This document shows positions 24,344-33,051 of a stretch of 36,776 nt of DNA, piece after piece. The notes below the pieces were generated by a model that searched no databases, had not been told where the DNA came from, and was given only the letters and a program-made list of their open reading frames with translations. The stretch lies in IMG/VR virus record IMGVR_UViG_3300045988_112955, one strand, 5' to 3'. The translations under genes and the position numbers were made by a program. Numbering within the stretch: the stretch's first letter is position 1; every line of letters starts with the position of its first letter. The DNA is from a virus.

Positions 24344-24799
24344 TTAAATATCATCTTCTGCTACCTCGCAATTGCTTAATATTTCATCGATGCTATAAGG
24401 CTCTTCGTCTTGCCATTTAACAAAATTAAATAAATTATTAAAATTTACTTTATTCCATTTTGCACTGGCGGTGCACCATAAAGTGTCGGTTTTATGTGGT
24501 GCAATATTGTAAATGCCAAGCGTTCCATTCTTATCTCTTGTAATAAAGTTGTATTCATTTTCCTTAGCAACTTTTAAATATTCATATTCAAATTTTGATA
24601 ATTTAACTGGTTCTTTATATTCTTCCAATAAATCCATAAGTGACAGCTTTAAGCATTTTGAGCAGTCTACATCACCTCTGTAACATTGAATACACTTGTA
24701 ATTCTGGTTTGTTGCAATCTGAGCTAAATAACACCGTAAGGTATTATTTTCGTCATTAAAATTTTTAATCTCGTCTTTAATCTTTTCTATCTTTAACAT
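24344..24799 (-). CDS. Hypothetical 151-aa early protein with Cys cluster
   Basis: RBS AAGAGG; YKCIQCYRGDVDCSKC cluster. Confidence 0.55.
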   Translation of the reverse strand: MLKIEKIKDEIKNFNDENNTLRCYLAQIATNQNYKCIQCYRGDVDCSKCLKLSLMDLLEEYKEPVKLSKFEYEYLKVAKENEYNFITRDKNGTLGIYNIAPHKTDTLWCTASAKWNKVNFNNLFNFVKWQDEEPYSIDEILSNCEVAEDDI

Positions 24800-24830
24800 T
24801 TCTAAATACCTCTTTTACTATATTCGTTTT

Positions 24831-25094
24831 CTATCTTAGCAAGTTAGCATCTAAATCTAACCTTTTTCGTGTTCCTAAAACTACGTAGCCATCTTTGCAA
24901 TATTCGGGGTTATTTAGAATACAAGTCACTTCTACATGGATAAAACGCCCCGTGTAATCTTTGTAAAATTCTTCTAAGCATAAAATATCGCCCACTTTAA
25001 AACTACGGTCATTTTTTCTAACCTCAAAATTCTTTTTATCAGATAGCTGCATTTCAAAATACTGCGGTTTTGTTTTTAATGGTATTGCTTTCAT
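24831..25094 (-). CDS. ASCH-like / DUF3850 protein
   Basis: LKTKPQYFEMQLSDKKNFEVRKNDRSFKVGDILCLEEF is the DUF3850 pattern. Confidence 0.65.
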   Translation of the reverse strand: MKAIPLKTKPQYFEMQLSDKKNFEVRKNDRSFKVGDILCLEEFYKDYTGRFIHVEVTCILNNPEYCKDGYVVLGTRKRLDLDANLLR

Positions 25095-25109
25095 TTATAT
25101 AACACTCCT

Positions 25110-25829
25110 TTATTTAAATTGAGTTAAAAACTCGTCTAACTCGTCCATATCAACATCATCATTGCTAACAAGTTCATTTTTAATTTGTGATTGTTGGTAA
25201 TCTTTATTTAAATTAGTTATAAGCGATGTTTTAAAGTATGATATACGATTAGCTACTTGCTTTGTACTCATTTGTTTTAGTACGTATTCGCTCTTTATCG
25301 CTACATCTACTGCGTTGTATAGTTCTAGACATTCTAGGATAACACTGTCTATCAATACAACTTCATTTTGATTAATAAGGTTGTTTTCAAACAATCTTTC
25401 TGTAATATAATGAATAGGCTCTTTTGGCTCTTGTTCATATATTTTTTTAACTACTTCGACCTTAACTTGTTTGTTTGTTGCTCTCTTTGTTGGCTTGCTA
25501 GTTGTTTCTTCACTACTGTTTTGTCGAACATCATACCCGACAACGGTTATAATTGTATATTTGTTTGTTGTTTTCTTTGTTAAATCATTTGAGTCTATTA
25601 ATTTATTAATAGCAGTTCTAATCTCTTGTGGTGACATTCCTAATTCTTCGCTTAATTTTTTATATGTAGTTACAAAACTTCCACGTCCAATAATTTCGCC
25701 TTTCCAATTTTTAGGTTTAAAGTTTGCTGAGAGTAGACAATGTAAATAAACATCTTTCACATTTCTATCACTATAAAACTGCCAATTCAGAAAACTTCTA
25801 TATAATCTTATGTATGTATCATTATCCAC
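25110..25829 (-). CDS. Replication initiator / replisome organiser (winged-helix N-domain)
   Basis: YIRLYRSFLNWQFYSDRNVKDVYLHCLLSANFKPKNWKGEIIGRGSFVTTYKKLSEELGMSPQEIRTAINKL is typical of phage replication proteins. GTG start 8 nt after AAAGGAG. Confidence 0.65.
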   Translation of the reverse strand: MDNDTYIRLYRSFLNWQFYSDRNVKDVYLHCLLSANFKPKNWKGEIIGRGSFVTTYKKLSEELGMSPQEIRTAINKLIDSNDLTKKTTNKYTIITVVGYDVRQNSSEETTSKPTKRATNKQVKVEVVKKIYEQEPKEPIHYITERLFENNLINQNEVVLIDSVILECLELYNAVDVAIKSEYVLKQMSTKQVANRISYFKTSLITNLNKDYQQSQIKNELVSNDDVDMDELDEFLTQFK

Positions 25830-25871
25830 TTCAACAACTCCTTTACTAATCAGATAAGAAAGAGTAATTTA

Positions 25872-26255
25872 CTACTCTTTCTTTAGATCAATCATTATTG
25901 GCTCTTTTGGTGGTTCAATTTCACCATCTATATTCAGTTGGCCCGATAATATGCTTGACGGTTCTTGAAGTACAAAGCCAATCACTTCACCGTCTTTATC
26001 ACGTTTAATTTGATTGTAAACATGAATATCATCAGTCTTTTTAGGGCTAACCTTAGAACTAATAATCGGTTTTATATCCATTTCTTTTTTATCGTTTTTC
26101 GGTGTGAACTTAAGTTTTAAGTTAATTTCTCTAGGTTTATCATCAGTTGCTACATCAGCTAGATTAACCATTACTTTAGCCAATTCGCGGTCAAGATCCC
26201 TAATGATTGAACCGTTATTTATATCTAAAATACTTCTTGTATACTTAGTCTCCAT
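25872..26255 (-). CDS. Hypothetical 127-aa protein
   Basis: RBS AGGAGGAG; intact ORF; no motif recognised. Confidence 0.6.
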   Translation of the reverse strand: METKYTRSILDINNGSIIRDLDRELAKVMVNLADVATDDKPREINLKLKFTPKNDKKEMDIKPIISSKVSPKKTDDIHVYNQIKRDKDGEVIGFVLQEPSSILSGQLNIDGEIEPPKEPIMIDLKKE

Positions 26256-26269
26256 TTGTTCCGCTCCTC

Positions 26270-27022
26270 CTATAATGCCAATACTACTTTTTCTCTAATT
26301 TCTTTTGGCAATTCAGCTTCTAAGAACTGCTTGATCAATCTTTGCACTTCTTTTTCGAAATATCCCGTATCAGCTACGAATAAAGCACATCTACCTCTAT
26401 CGTCTACACGTAAGTTAAATTTACGTTCTACTTGGATTAATTCGGGATATGTAGAAATTGGCACTAATTTAACAATCGGGTTAATAGTTACTTGACCCGC
26501 ACCGCCAGCGAAAGCATCACTTTCTACAATGATTTTTTTACCAATTCCATTATCTTCTTGGTGAACTGTTTTTGAATTATATAAATTACTAATTGTATTG
26601 ATTAAAGCATTAGAGTTTTCGGTAGCCTCATAGCAAGTATTAACATTAATAATCATGCGTTCGGGGTCTACAAATTCATTTAAAATTAATCTTGGCACAA
26701 TTGGTGTACATTCAATTAACTCTTGGCGTACGTATGTATCATCTACACTTGTTCTTACGATTATTTCATTTCCCGTAGCTTCTACAATCAATGGTAACTT
26801 AACATTTAAATAATCAGCTTCTACACTAATATAAGATTCGATCATTTCAACTAATCCATTCAATGAATGCACTCTTACTAAATCAATACTCGGCGTAACA
26901 ATCCTTTTTAAGTTACCACCAAATTTGTAATAATTCATTTTTTTAATCTCTACTTGTTCTAATTTGTTTTCTTCTCTTGCGTTCACTAATTCTTCAATTT
27001 TTTCAATAGCTTGTTTAATCAT
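26270..27022 (-). CDS. Hypothetical 250-aa protein
   Basis: RBS AAGAGGAAAG; intact ORF; no motif recognised. Confidence 0.6.
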   Translation of the reverse strand: MIKQAIEKIEELVNAREENKLEQVEIKKMNYYKFGGNLKRIVTPSIDLVRVHSLNGLVEMIESYISVEADYLNVKLPLIVEATGNEIIVRTSVDDTYVRQELIECTPIVPRLILNEFVDPERMIINVNTCYEATENSNALINTISNLYNSKTVHQEDNGIGKKIIVESDAFAGGAGQVTINPIVKLVPISTYPELIQVERKFNLRVDDRGRCALFVADTGYFEKEVQRLIKQFLEAELPKEIREKVVLAL

Positions 27023-27042
27023 TTTTTTCTTTCCTCTTCTTT

Positions 27043-27318
27043 CTATAAATAGTTTTTATAATATCGTCTAAACCACTCGGCTTGAGTGTGAGTTTCTAAA
27101 TATTTAGCTTGTGCTACACGCTTTAGTCTTATCCTAGTTTCTATACTCCTATGAGCAGAGTAAGGCGCTATGCGATGACAATTAGCGCATAGCCATACTT
27201 TTAGCCCATCTTCTTCACATTTCTTCCTATCACTCCCATTCAAACAATGGTGATCTTCTAAATTTAAAGTTGTACCGCATAAGTAACATACTTTAGTGTC
27301 TTGAATAACCGTTTTCAA
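27043..27318 (-). CDS. HNH-like zinc-finger protein
   Basis: CYLCG..(8)..DHHCLNG...WLCANCHR. TTG start 8 nt after GAGGT. Confidence 0.5.
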   Translation of the reverse strand: MKTVIQDTKVCYLCGTTLNLEDHHCLNGSDRKKCEEDGLKVWLCANCHRIAPYSAHRSIETRIRLKRVAQAKYLETHTQAEWFRRYYKNYL

Positions 27319-27673
27319 TTAACTCTACCTCAATTCTTGGATACTCCTTATCGACTTGTACATCATGCGAAATTTTATTTATATACTTTTGTCCATCATC
27401 AACCAAAATTCCTTGTTTGACTAACGCATCTTGAATAAATTTTGTTGCGAAAGTTATGTTATCTACATCACGCCGTTTATTTTTTTCATACCACGTAATC
27501 TTTAGTTTAATAGGATATTTTTTTATCTTTTTTAGTTGATATCTCTTTATAGCTTCTATTACGATAGATTCGTTTTTAAGCTTCATTTGACTGCCTTTGT
27601 AACGGTTAGACCGATTGGCGCTTGTATATTCGTTAAGTCCATCTAAACGCCCATAGATAATAAACTCACTCAT
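27293..27673 (-). CDS. rusA: RusA-family Holliday junction resolvase
   Basis: KRRDVDNITFATKFIQDALVKQGILVDDGQKYI (the D-x-D-N ... D-A-L ... DD pattern). Confidence 0.7.
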   Translation of the reverse strand: MSEFIIYGRLDGLNEYTSANRSNRYKGSQMKLKNESIVIEAIKRYQLKKIKKYPIKLKITWYEKNKRRDVDNITFATKFIQDALVKQGILVDDGQKYINKISHDVQVDKEYPRIEVELIENGYSRH

Positions 27674-27995
27674 TAAATAAATCCCTCATTATTACGGGTT
27701 TAGCTTTAGCGGTCAAACTCCTATAAAATTCTACTGCGCCTTGTTCAATCGATTTATTGCATCTATAAACCCTACATATATTTGGTCTATCTTCATAAAT
27801 ACGACAACGGCTATTGCTATCAAGCATAGGACACGTCATATCAAATCCATTCAACGGTATGTGATATGATGGTTTTAATTTTCTTTTCTTTATGATCTTC
27901 TTAATTTTATTTTTTTCATTGTCGGTAAGCGGTAGAATGTTTGAACAACATCCACCGCATTTACTGCAGCTCCCGTTTTTTAGGTTACATACCAT
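27666..27995 (-). CDS. YkgJ-type Cys-cluster (CxxCxxCC) protein
   Basis: GSCSKCGGCCSN...CPMLDSNSRCRIYEDRPNICRVYRC. RBS GGAGGGGG. Confidence 0.6.
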   Translation of the reverse strand: MVCNLKNGSCSKCGGCCSNILPLTDNEKNKIKKIIKKRKLKPSYHIPLNGFDMTCPMLDSNSRCRIYEDRPNICRVYRCNKSIEQGAVEFYRSLTAKAKPVIMRDLFNE

Positions 27996-28485
27996 ATATA
28001 TCCCCCTCCAATGTCGGTATATTTAACTCATTACACCAGCTTATTGCAGTATCAATTAACTTGTTCATTTCATCGGTCGTAAACGTAGATGAACCGTAAT
28101 AGCATTGGAAATAAGCATAATCTTTATTAACATCATATTTAATCAGCTTAACAACTCTAAAGCATTTCTTTAAATCATTCTCAGCTTCCGACAGTACTTT
28201 TAAAACCTCATATTTCGCTTTAGATTCATTCAATAGTTTTATGTATACGTCCAAATCATCCTCGTCCATTTTCAAGGCTAGTTCATGTATCAAGGACCAT
28301 AAATAAGCATTTTGGTTTAATGATCTTTTTGACCTAGGTTTTTTTATTTCAAGTGAATACAACTCTTTTTCCAATTCCTCGGTGTTAGCTTTAGAGTTGT
28401 AATCACTTATTGCAAAAGTTATTTCTAAATTGCCCGTATCGGGGTTGATTACTCGATGATGATATCTGGCTAAAAGTTTCATCAT
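27985..28485 (-). CDS. NinB/Orf-like or HNHc_6-like recombination accessory protein
   Basis: PRSKRSLNQNAYLWSLIHELALKM motif; located next to SSB. Confidence 0.5.
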   Translation of the reverse strand: MMKLLARYHHRVINPDTGNLEITFAISDYNSKANTEELEKELYSLEIKKPRSKRSLNQNAYLWSLIHELALKMDEDDLDVYIKLLNESKAKYEVLKVLSEAENDLKKCFRVVKLIKYDVNKDYAYFQCYYGSSTFTTDEMNKLIDTAISWCNELNIPTLEGDIYGM

Positions 28486-28934
28486 TAAAACTGTAGATCA
28501 TCTTCCATAATGTCATAGGTGTTAAATGAGTTATCAAACTCTTTTTCTAGGTTTATTTTGAAATCATCAAAACGTGGGTCTTTGACATCATATTTACTTC
28601 GAGCCTCTTCTTTTGGTTTAGTTTCTAAGAACTGCACACTATCGCAAATAACTTCAACTACATATACTTTTTGACCTTGTGAATTGTCGTAACTGCGTGT
28701 TTGTATTCTACCCTCTACACCTACCAAACTGCCTTTAGAGCAGTATTGATTTACATTTTCGGCTAACTTGCGCCATACAACACAATTAATAAAATCTGCT
28801 TGTTGTTGTCCGTCTTTACTTGTAAAACTACGATTTACCGCAATCGTGAAAGAAGTAACCGCATCACCTTGTTGTGTTCTTCTTAATTCGGGGTCACGTG
28901 CCAACCTACCAACTAAAACACTTCTGTTTATCAT
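28485..28934 (-). CDS. ssb: Single-stranded DNA-binding protein
   Basis: [37 protein letters not shown]-fold start and acidic tail MEDDLQF. Confidence 0.9.
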   Translation of the reverse strand: MINRSVLVGRLARDPELRRTQQGDAVTSFTIAVNRSFTSKDGQQQADFINCVVWRKLAENVNQYCSKGSLVGVEGRIQTRSYDNSQGQKVYVVEVICDSVQFLETKPKEEARSKYDVKDPRFDDFKINLEKEFDNSFNTYDIMEDDLQF

Positions 28935-29485
28935 CTGATCGTCACCGCCTCTTCTTGATAAAATTCCACTCCATCTATTGCAAAATTTCCTTGATACACT
29001 TTTGCAATATCATTCAATACCGACATATTGATTTCTCTAATCACTGTTGCGCCAATTTTAACGGGGACTTTATCAGCATCAACAATTCTTGCTTTCCATG
29101 TTTTTCTAATATGAGTACCTTTTAATTTTGGCACTTCCTTAACCACTTCCAATGAAATACCGTATTTTTCTTCTTCCTCTTCGATTCTTTTTTCTTGTTC
29201 AATTCTTTCAAGTTTAATTTTCTTCATGTAGTCGCCAATAGCACTTTTAATAACTGTTTTAGCATTTTCATACGGCTTTAATGCATCTTTTTCTTTTCCC
29301 AAAATTTCTTTTTTTTGTTTATCTAAATCTTGTTTTTGTGGTTTATATTTTGCTTTGATTTCCTTGATTTGTGTGTTTGAGTATTTAGCTAACTCATTTG
29401 CTAATTCAAGTTGATTATCGCTATTGATAACCAACGAGTTAACAGTATGTATTTGTAATTCTAATTGCTCTCTAGTTAATTCCAT
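28931..29485 (-). CDS. Siphovirus Gp157-like protein
   Basis: Coiled-coil N-half. The C-terminus IVDADKVP...[15 protein letters not shown] resembles the Sfi21 gp157 family ending. Sits between the SSAP and SSB genes. Confidence 0.55.
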   Translation of the reverse strand: MELTREQLELQIHTVNSLVINSDNQLELANELAKYSNTQIKEIKAKYKPQKQDLDKQKKEILGKEKDALKPYENAKTVIKSAIGDYMKKIKLERIEQEKRIEEEEEKYGISLEVVKEVPKLKGTHIRKTWKARIVDADKVPVKIGATVIREINMSVLNDIAKVYQGNFAIDGVEFYQEEAVTIR

Positions 29486-30263
29486 TTTGATTAGCTCCTT
29501 GTTGTTCCTTAAATTTTTTTATTAAACTTGCATATGTACTATTTAACTTGTCTATATCTTCTAAAGCTAACTCGGTTGTGTCTTGAGTTCGCAAACCTGA
29601 ATATTTAAATACCAAATTACTTAGCTTCCCTCTAAAATCGATTCCTAATGTATCCATTTCGCATACTAGACTAGCATTAATCTTCATTACATTCGTTATA
29701 TCTAATTGTGGCTTTATTTCTTGCGATTTAGTTTCTTGGATTGTCTTTTTATTCATTAAAAACCTAACATTTCCATTTTCATCAATTAATTCCAACTCAA
29801 CAATTTTTTTATTTTCATACTCGATTTTTGAAACTGAAAGCTTTAAATAAGTTGATGGTTTTCTACCTTGCGATGCTTTTGTAACTTCATTGTCTCTAAG
29901 GCTAACAAAAATAAACGGTGCAGTGTACAACTCTCTACCAATTCCCCAGTTAACACAAGCCCTCTTAAATGCATCACTTGCTTGCCCCTTTTCTTTTTCG
30001 GTGTTACTTTCTACCCCAACATCTTGCTTACTGATCCATTGACCGCTGGCATCATCAAAAATAGACACAGTACAAAATAAATTGTTGTTAACGACTTCAT
30101 GCTCTCTTTTCCATTTTAAACAACCAACCGTTTCATCAAGGATAGTCATATCGCATCGAGCATCTTTATATAACAAGAATATTGCATAATAGCCATTATC
30201 ATTTTGTCTCACTCTTTGAACTCGCACATCAATTTCATCAGCTTTTAATTCTCTAAATTCCAT
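29472..30263 (-). CDS. Rad52-like single-strand annealing protein
   Basis: KGQASDAFKRACVNWGIGRELYTAP motif; EIDVRVQRV...LLYKDARCDMTILDE N-terminus. Confidence 0.7.
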   Translation of the reverse strand: MEFRELKADEIDVRVQRVRQNDNGYYAIFLLYKDARCDMTILDETVGCLKWKREHEVVNNNLFCTVSIFDDASGQWISKQDVGVESNTEKEKGQASDAFKRACVNWGIGRELYTAPFIFVSLRDNEVTKASQGRKPSTYLKLSVSKIEYENKKIVELELIDENGNVRFLMNKKTIQETKSQEIKPQLDITNVMKINASLVCEMDTLGIDFRGKLSNLVFKYSGLRTQDTTELALEDIDKLNSTYASLIKKFKEQQGANQNGIN

Positions 30264-30265
30264 TT

Positions 30266-30607
30266 TTACCCCTCCAGTTCTTTAATGATGTTTTGATAAT
30301 CTTCTATGCCCTCTTGGATATCGTCCAACAGAGAGTTAAATACTTCTTTCAAATTTGTTGCTTTGTTGTTTCCGTAGCCGATATTTAATAAATCTTTAGA
30401 AATACTTGTCATGCAAGTTATTACATCGTCTACGGTTTCTTTATACTGTTCTAAATCGTAATACATCGCTTGTAGTTCAGCTAATTTCTCATTAGCGTTT
30501 CTAAGTTCTATAAACCTTTTCATATCACTTTGACTAGCGGTATTTTTTAAAGCGTATATATTTGCATCTTGTAATCTTGCTATATCGCTTGCTTGTTCTA
30601 GTTTCAT
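30266..30607 (-). CDS. Hypothetical 113-aa helical protein
   Basis: RBS GAAAGGAA; intact ORF. Confidence 0.6.
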   Translation of the reverse strand: MKLEQASDIARLQDANIYALKNTASQSDMKRFIELRNANEKLAELQAMYYDLEQYKETVDDVITCMTSISKDLLNIGYGNNKATNLKEVFNSLLDDIQEGIEDYQNIIKELEG

Positions 30608-30609
30608 TT

Positions 30610-30774
30610 TTATTTATTCCTTTCGTTATACATTTCTACTACCTTGTCACGATCCTTAGTTACAAGTTTTAGATTGCTTGTTAGATTTACGATTAAGCAA
30701 CTTTGATAAATAGCTAATGCAATCGACATAGCTAACATAACAATCAAAATTTTTATTAATGTTTTATCTTTCAT
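30610..30774 (-). CDS. 54-aa single-pass membrane protein
   Basis: Own translation MKDKTLIKILIVMLAMSIALAIYQSCLIVNLTSNLKLVTKDRDKVVEMYNERNK. RBS AAAGGAA. Confidence 0.5.
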   Translation of the reverse strand: MKDKTLIKILIVMLAMSIALAIYQSCLIVNLTSNLKLVTKDRDKVVEMYNERNK

Positions 30775-30885
30775 TTACCCATTCCTTTCGTATTGATTTT
30801 TAAAACGCACGTTAGTGCTTTTATCTTTTATCTTTATCTATATCATTTATTTAATTATTAGTATGCTTGTTGCAAATCGTGTTTT

Positions 30886-31007
30886 TTGTTTGTTGTTCGT
30901 TTGTTATACTCTTTGTTAGCAATTCATCAAACACTTACTCTCACTAAGGTTTCAGCTTGTTAATTTGTTTGTTAAAAATTAATAATTTTGTTTGTTATTT
31001 GTTTGTT
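30886..31007 (+). repeat. Iteron-like array of TTGTTTGTT
   Basis: Perfect copies at 30886-30894, 30965-30973, 30988-30996 and 30999-31007, plus 31135-31143 outside this span. Degenerate copies CGTTTGTTA at 30898 and CTTTGTTA at 30911. All share one orientation, in a 245-bp non-coding gap. Confidence 0.8.
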
Positions 31008-31020
31008 GCTATATTCGGTT

Positions 31021-31119
31021 TTACAGAAATATAGTTTCTATTATTCCGACAATAATATGTGATAACACGATTAATACTCCTACGATTGTAAAGAAGCCAC
31101 GTCCCGATAATTTATCCAT
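31021..31119 (-). CDS. 32-aa hydrophobic peptide
   Basis: Own translation MDKLSGRGFFTIVGVLIVLSHIIVGIIETIFL. RBS AAGGGGAAG 8 nt upstream. Confidence 0.45.
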   Translation of the reverse strand: MDKLSGRGFFTIVGVLIVLSHIIVGIIETIFL

Positions 31120-31167
31120 GTTTGACACTTCCCCTTGTTTGTTTTATAATTTTCTTGGTTTCATTAA

Positions 31168-31395
31168 TTAGGCGACTTTGGACGAGTCGTCTTTTTCTTT
31201 TCTAAATGCTAAAATCAATTTGGTTATATCATCGAAAGGTATACCATACTCTTCTACGATGATACCTATAGGAATTTCAGCGGTTTTATATTTCAAGTTA
31301 TATTTATCTTTTAATTTTCTAATCATCGCATATAAGGTGTTATTCGTTCTCTCTGGGAAAATAAGAGATAATATTTTAACGTTTAGCAAACTCAA
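31168..31395 (-). CDS. Hypothetical small early protein (start TTG 31395 or 31389)
   Basis: The TTG at 31389 has better spacing to GAGGTGA. No secure motif. Confidence 0.5.
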   Translation of the reverse strand: MSLLNVKILSLIFPERTNNTLYAMIRKLKDKYNLKYKTAEIPIGIIVEEYGIPFDDITKLILAFRKEKDDSSKVA

Positions 31396-31702
31396 TCACC
31401 TCTTTACTTCTATAGATTTTGCAATCTTCATAAATTTGATATGCACGTCTCATTAAATTATCGATTGTATCGTTAATTTCTTTATGTGATGTACAAGCGA
31501 AATATCCACCCGTTGATCCAGATACACTCCCGATAAAGATAGTAAATCGTGGATTACTTCTTATGTTTTGAATCACCTTTCGCATTGATTTATCGCTCCT
31601 TATTTGAGGGAAATAAATCCTTAGTTGACGATTTTTAATCATGTTTTCTTTACCTACATGGTTTGTAATAATGAAGTTATAGACTTTTTCTTCAATACTC
31701 AT
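31376..31702 (-). CDS. Hypothetical 108-aa early protein
   Basis: ATG 31702 lies downstream of GGGAGGGTG. The track uses GTG 31714, which has no spacer. Confidence 0.55.
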   Translation of the reverse strand: MSIEEKVYNFIITNHVGKENMIKNRQLRIYFPQIRSDKSMRKVIQNIRSNPRFTIFIGSVSGSTGGYFACTSHKEINDTIDNLMRRAYQIYEDCKIYRSKEVIEFAKR

Positions 31703-31706
31703 TTGG

Positions 31707-31835
31707 TTACTCACCCTCCCTTGTTTCTATTTCACAATCAAATAATATTGTTAATTCCGATACATCATCGGATCGTTTATTAACGGTCAATGTTTTTATG
31801 CCTTTTTCGTTAGCAACTAATATAACCTTGTTCAT
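31707..31835 (-). CDS. 42-aa early protein
   Basis: Own translation MNKVILVANEKGIKTLTVNKRSDDVSELTILFDCEIETREGE. RBS AAAGGAG. Confidence 0.45.
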   Translation of the reverse strand: MNKVILVANEKGIKTLTVNKRSDDVSELTILFDCEIETREGE

Positions 31836-31856
31836 TACTTACTCCTTTCTTTTTTT

Positions 31857-31873
31857 GTTACCAAATAGGTAAC
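31857..31873. promoter_or_regulatory. Distal operator (17-bp palindrome GTTACCAAATAGGTAAC)
   Basis: Perfect 6-5-6 palindrome just downstream of the Cro-like stop. Same half-sites as the operators at 32100-32209. Confidence 0.6.
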
Positions 31874-31876
31874 TTA

Positions 31877-32074
31877 TCACTCAAAAAAAATATTTGCACT
31901 TATATTTCTATCGTACTTTCTAAAATATTCTAAAACTTTAACTAATTCTACTTGTGTGAAAGTGCCATCATTGATTTTTGTACAAATGGTTTTTCGTGAT
32001 AATTCTAGATATTCCGCAAGCATAGCTTGTGTTACATCATATCTAACCATTAAACTTTTTAAAATCTTATTCAA
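31877..32074 (-). CDS. Cro-like XRE-family HTH protein
   Basis: VTQAMLAEYLELSRKTICTKIN HTH. TTG start 6 nt after GGAGGG. Divergent from the repressor. Confidence 0.75.
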   Translation of the reverse strand: MNKILKSLMVRYDVTQAMLAEYLELSRKTICTKINDGTFTQVELVKVLEYFRKYDRNISANIFFE

Positions 32075-32099
32075 TATGTGCCCTCCTTTCTTTTAAGTG

Positions 32100-32209
32100 G
32101 TTACCTAACAAGTAACTATACTTATATATTAATTACTTAATATGTAATTGTCAATAGTTTTTGAGTAAATAATTACCTTTTAGGTAACTTTTATTACTTT
32201 ATATGTAAC
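32100..32209. promoter_or_regulatory. Four operator-like 17-mers in the divergent switch region
   Basis: GTTACCTAACAAGTAAC (32100-32116), ATTACTTAATATGTAAT (32132-32148), ATTACCTTTTAGGTAAC (32172-32188), ATTACTTTATATGTAAC (32193-32209). Consensus RTTACY-N5-NGTAAY. Confidence 0.65.
32126..32154 (-). promoter_or_regulatory. Early lytic promoter
   Basis: Minus strand: TTGACA (32154-32149), 17-nt spacer equal to operator 32148-32132, TAATAT (32131-32126). Confidence 0.65.
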
Positions 32210-32253
32210 TTTTATGTGATTTATGTTATATTTTAACTAAGGAGGTGAAATAA

Positions 32254-32664
32254 ATGGATTTCGCTCAACGTGTTAAGCAATTGCGTAAAAATAAACATCT
32301 AACTGGTGAGCAATTGGGTAATATTTTAGGAATCACAAAAACGGGTATTTCATATTGGGAAAATGGTAGAAGTGTTCCCGATAATGAAATGTTATTAAAG
32401 TTAGCTGATTTTTTTGATGTTTCTATCGACTATTTGCTTGGCAAAACTGATATAGAAACAAAAATAGATAAAAGCACTTATTATGGAGACTATGACGAGG
32501 TAGTGGAATATCTTAAAGATAATCCCGAGCATCTTGACGTATATAAGAGAATTTTAAACGATGATCATTTTGCATTACTGTTCGACAAAACAAAGGACCT
32601 AACACCAGAAGAAATAGACGTTATCATTAGCGTTATTATTGGGTTACAAAACGGGAGAAAATAA
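32254..32664 (+). CDS. CI-like XRE-family repressor (ImmR-type)
   Basis: QRVKQLRKNKHLTGEQLGNILGITKTGISYWENGRSVP HTH. RBS AAGGAGGTG. Confidence 0.85.
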   Translation: MDFAQRVKQLRKNKHLTGEQLGNILGITKTGISYWENGRSVPDNEMLLKLADFFDVSIDYLLGKTDIETKIDKSTYYGDYDEVVEYLKDNPEHLDVYKRILNDDHFALLFDKTKDLTPEEIDVIISVIIGLQNGRK

Positions 32665-32680
32665 TAATGGAGGTAAAAAT

Positions 32681-33004
32681 ATGGAGGTCGACGAACTATT
32701 AAAGATGAATTTTGAGGACTTTTGTAGATTTAACAATATAATAATAAGTTTCGATGATATATTACCCACTAAGATAAAGGGTATGTGTGTACATAATGAC
32801 GAATACTACGAAATAATCCTAAATAGCAAGCAAGCAATAAACATACAAAAAGAAGCGTTACTACATGAATTAGTACACGTATTAAAAGACCATTTTTCGC
32901 ACGATTGTACACTTACGCCCGAAGAATGTGACAAAGAAGTAGATAAAATCATAGATAAATTTAAATTTGAAATAGCATCTTGTTTTGATTTATCTATGTT
33001 TTAA
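32681..33004 (+). CDS. ImmA/IrrE-family metalloprotease (anti-repressor protease)
   Basis: HELVHVL HExxH motif. ATG 32681 lies 7 nt after GGAGG. Directly downstream of the repressor, as in immR-immA modules. Confidence 0.75.
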   Translation: MEVDELLKMNFEDFCRFNNIIISFDDILPTKIKGMCVHNDEYYEIILNSKQAINIQKEALLHELVHVLKDHFSHDCTLTPEECDKEVDKIIDKFKFEIASCFDLSMF

Positions 33005-33051
33005 ATAAAAAGAAAGGATAATCATAATACTGATTAAAAGGGGATTTTAAA

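Noticed and set aside
30886-31143. Possible CRISPR-like array
   Set aside because: The repeats are only 9 bp with irregular short spacing, there are no cas genes, and the region is far too small. They are better read as iterons or binding sites.
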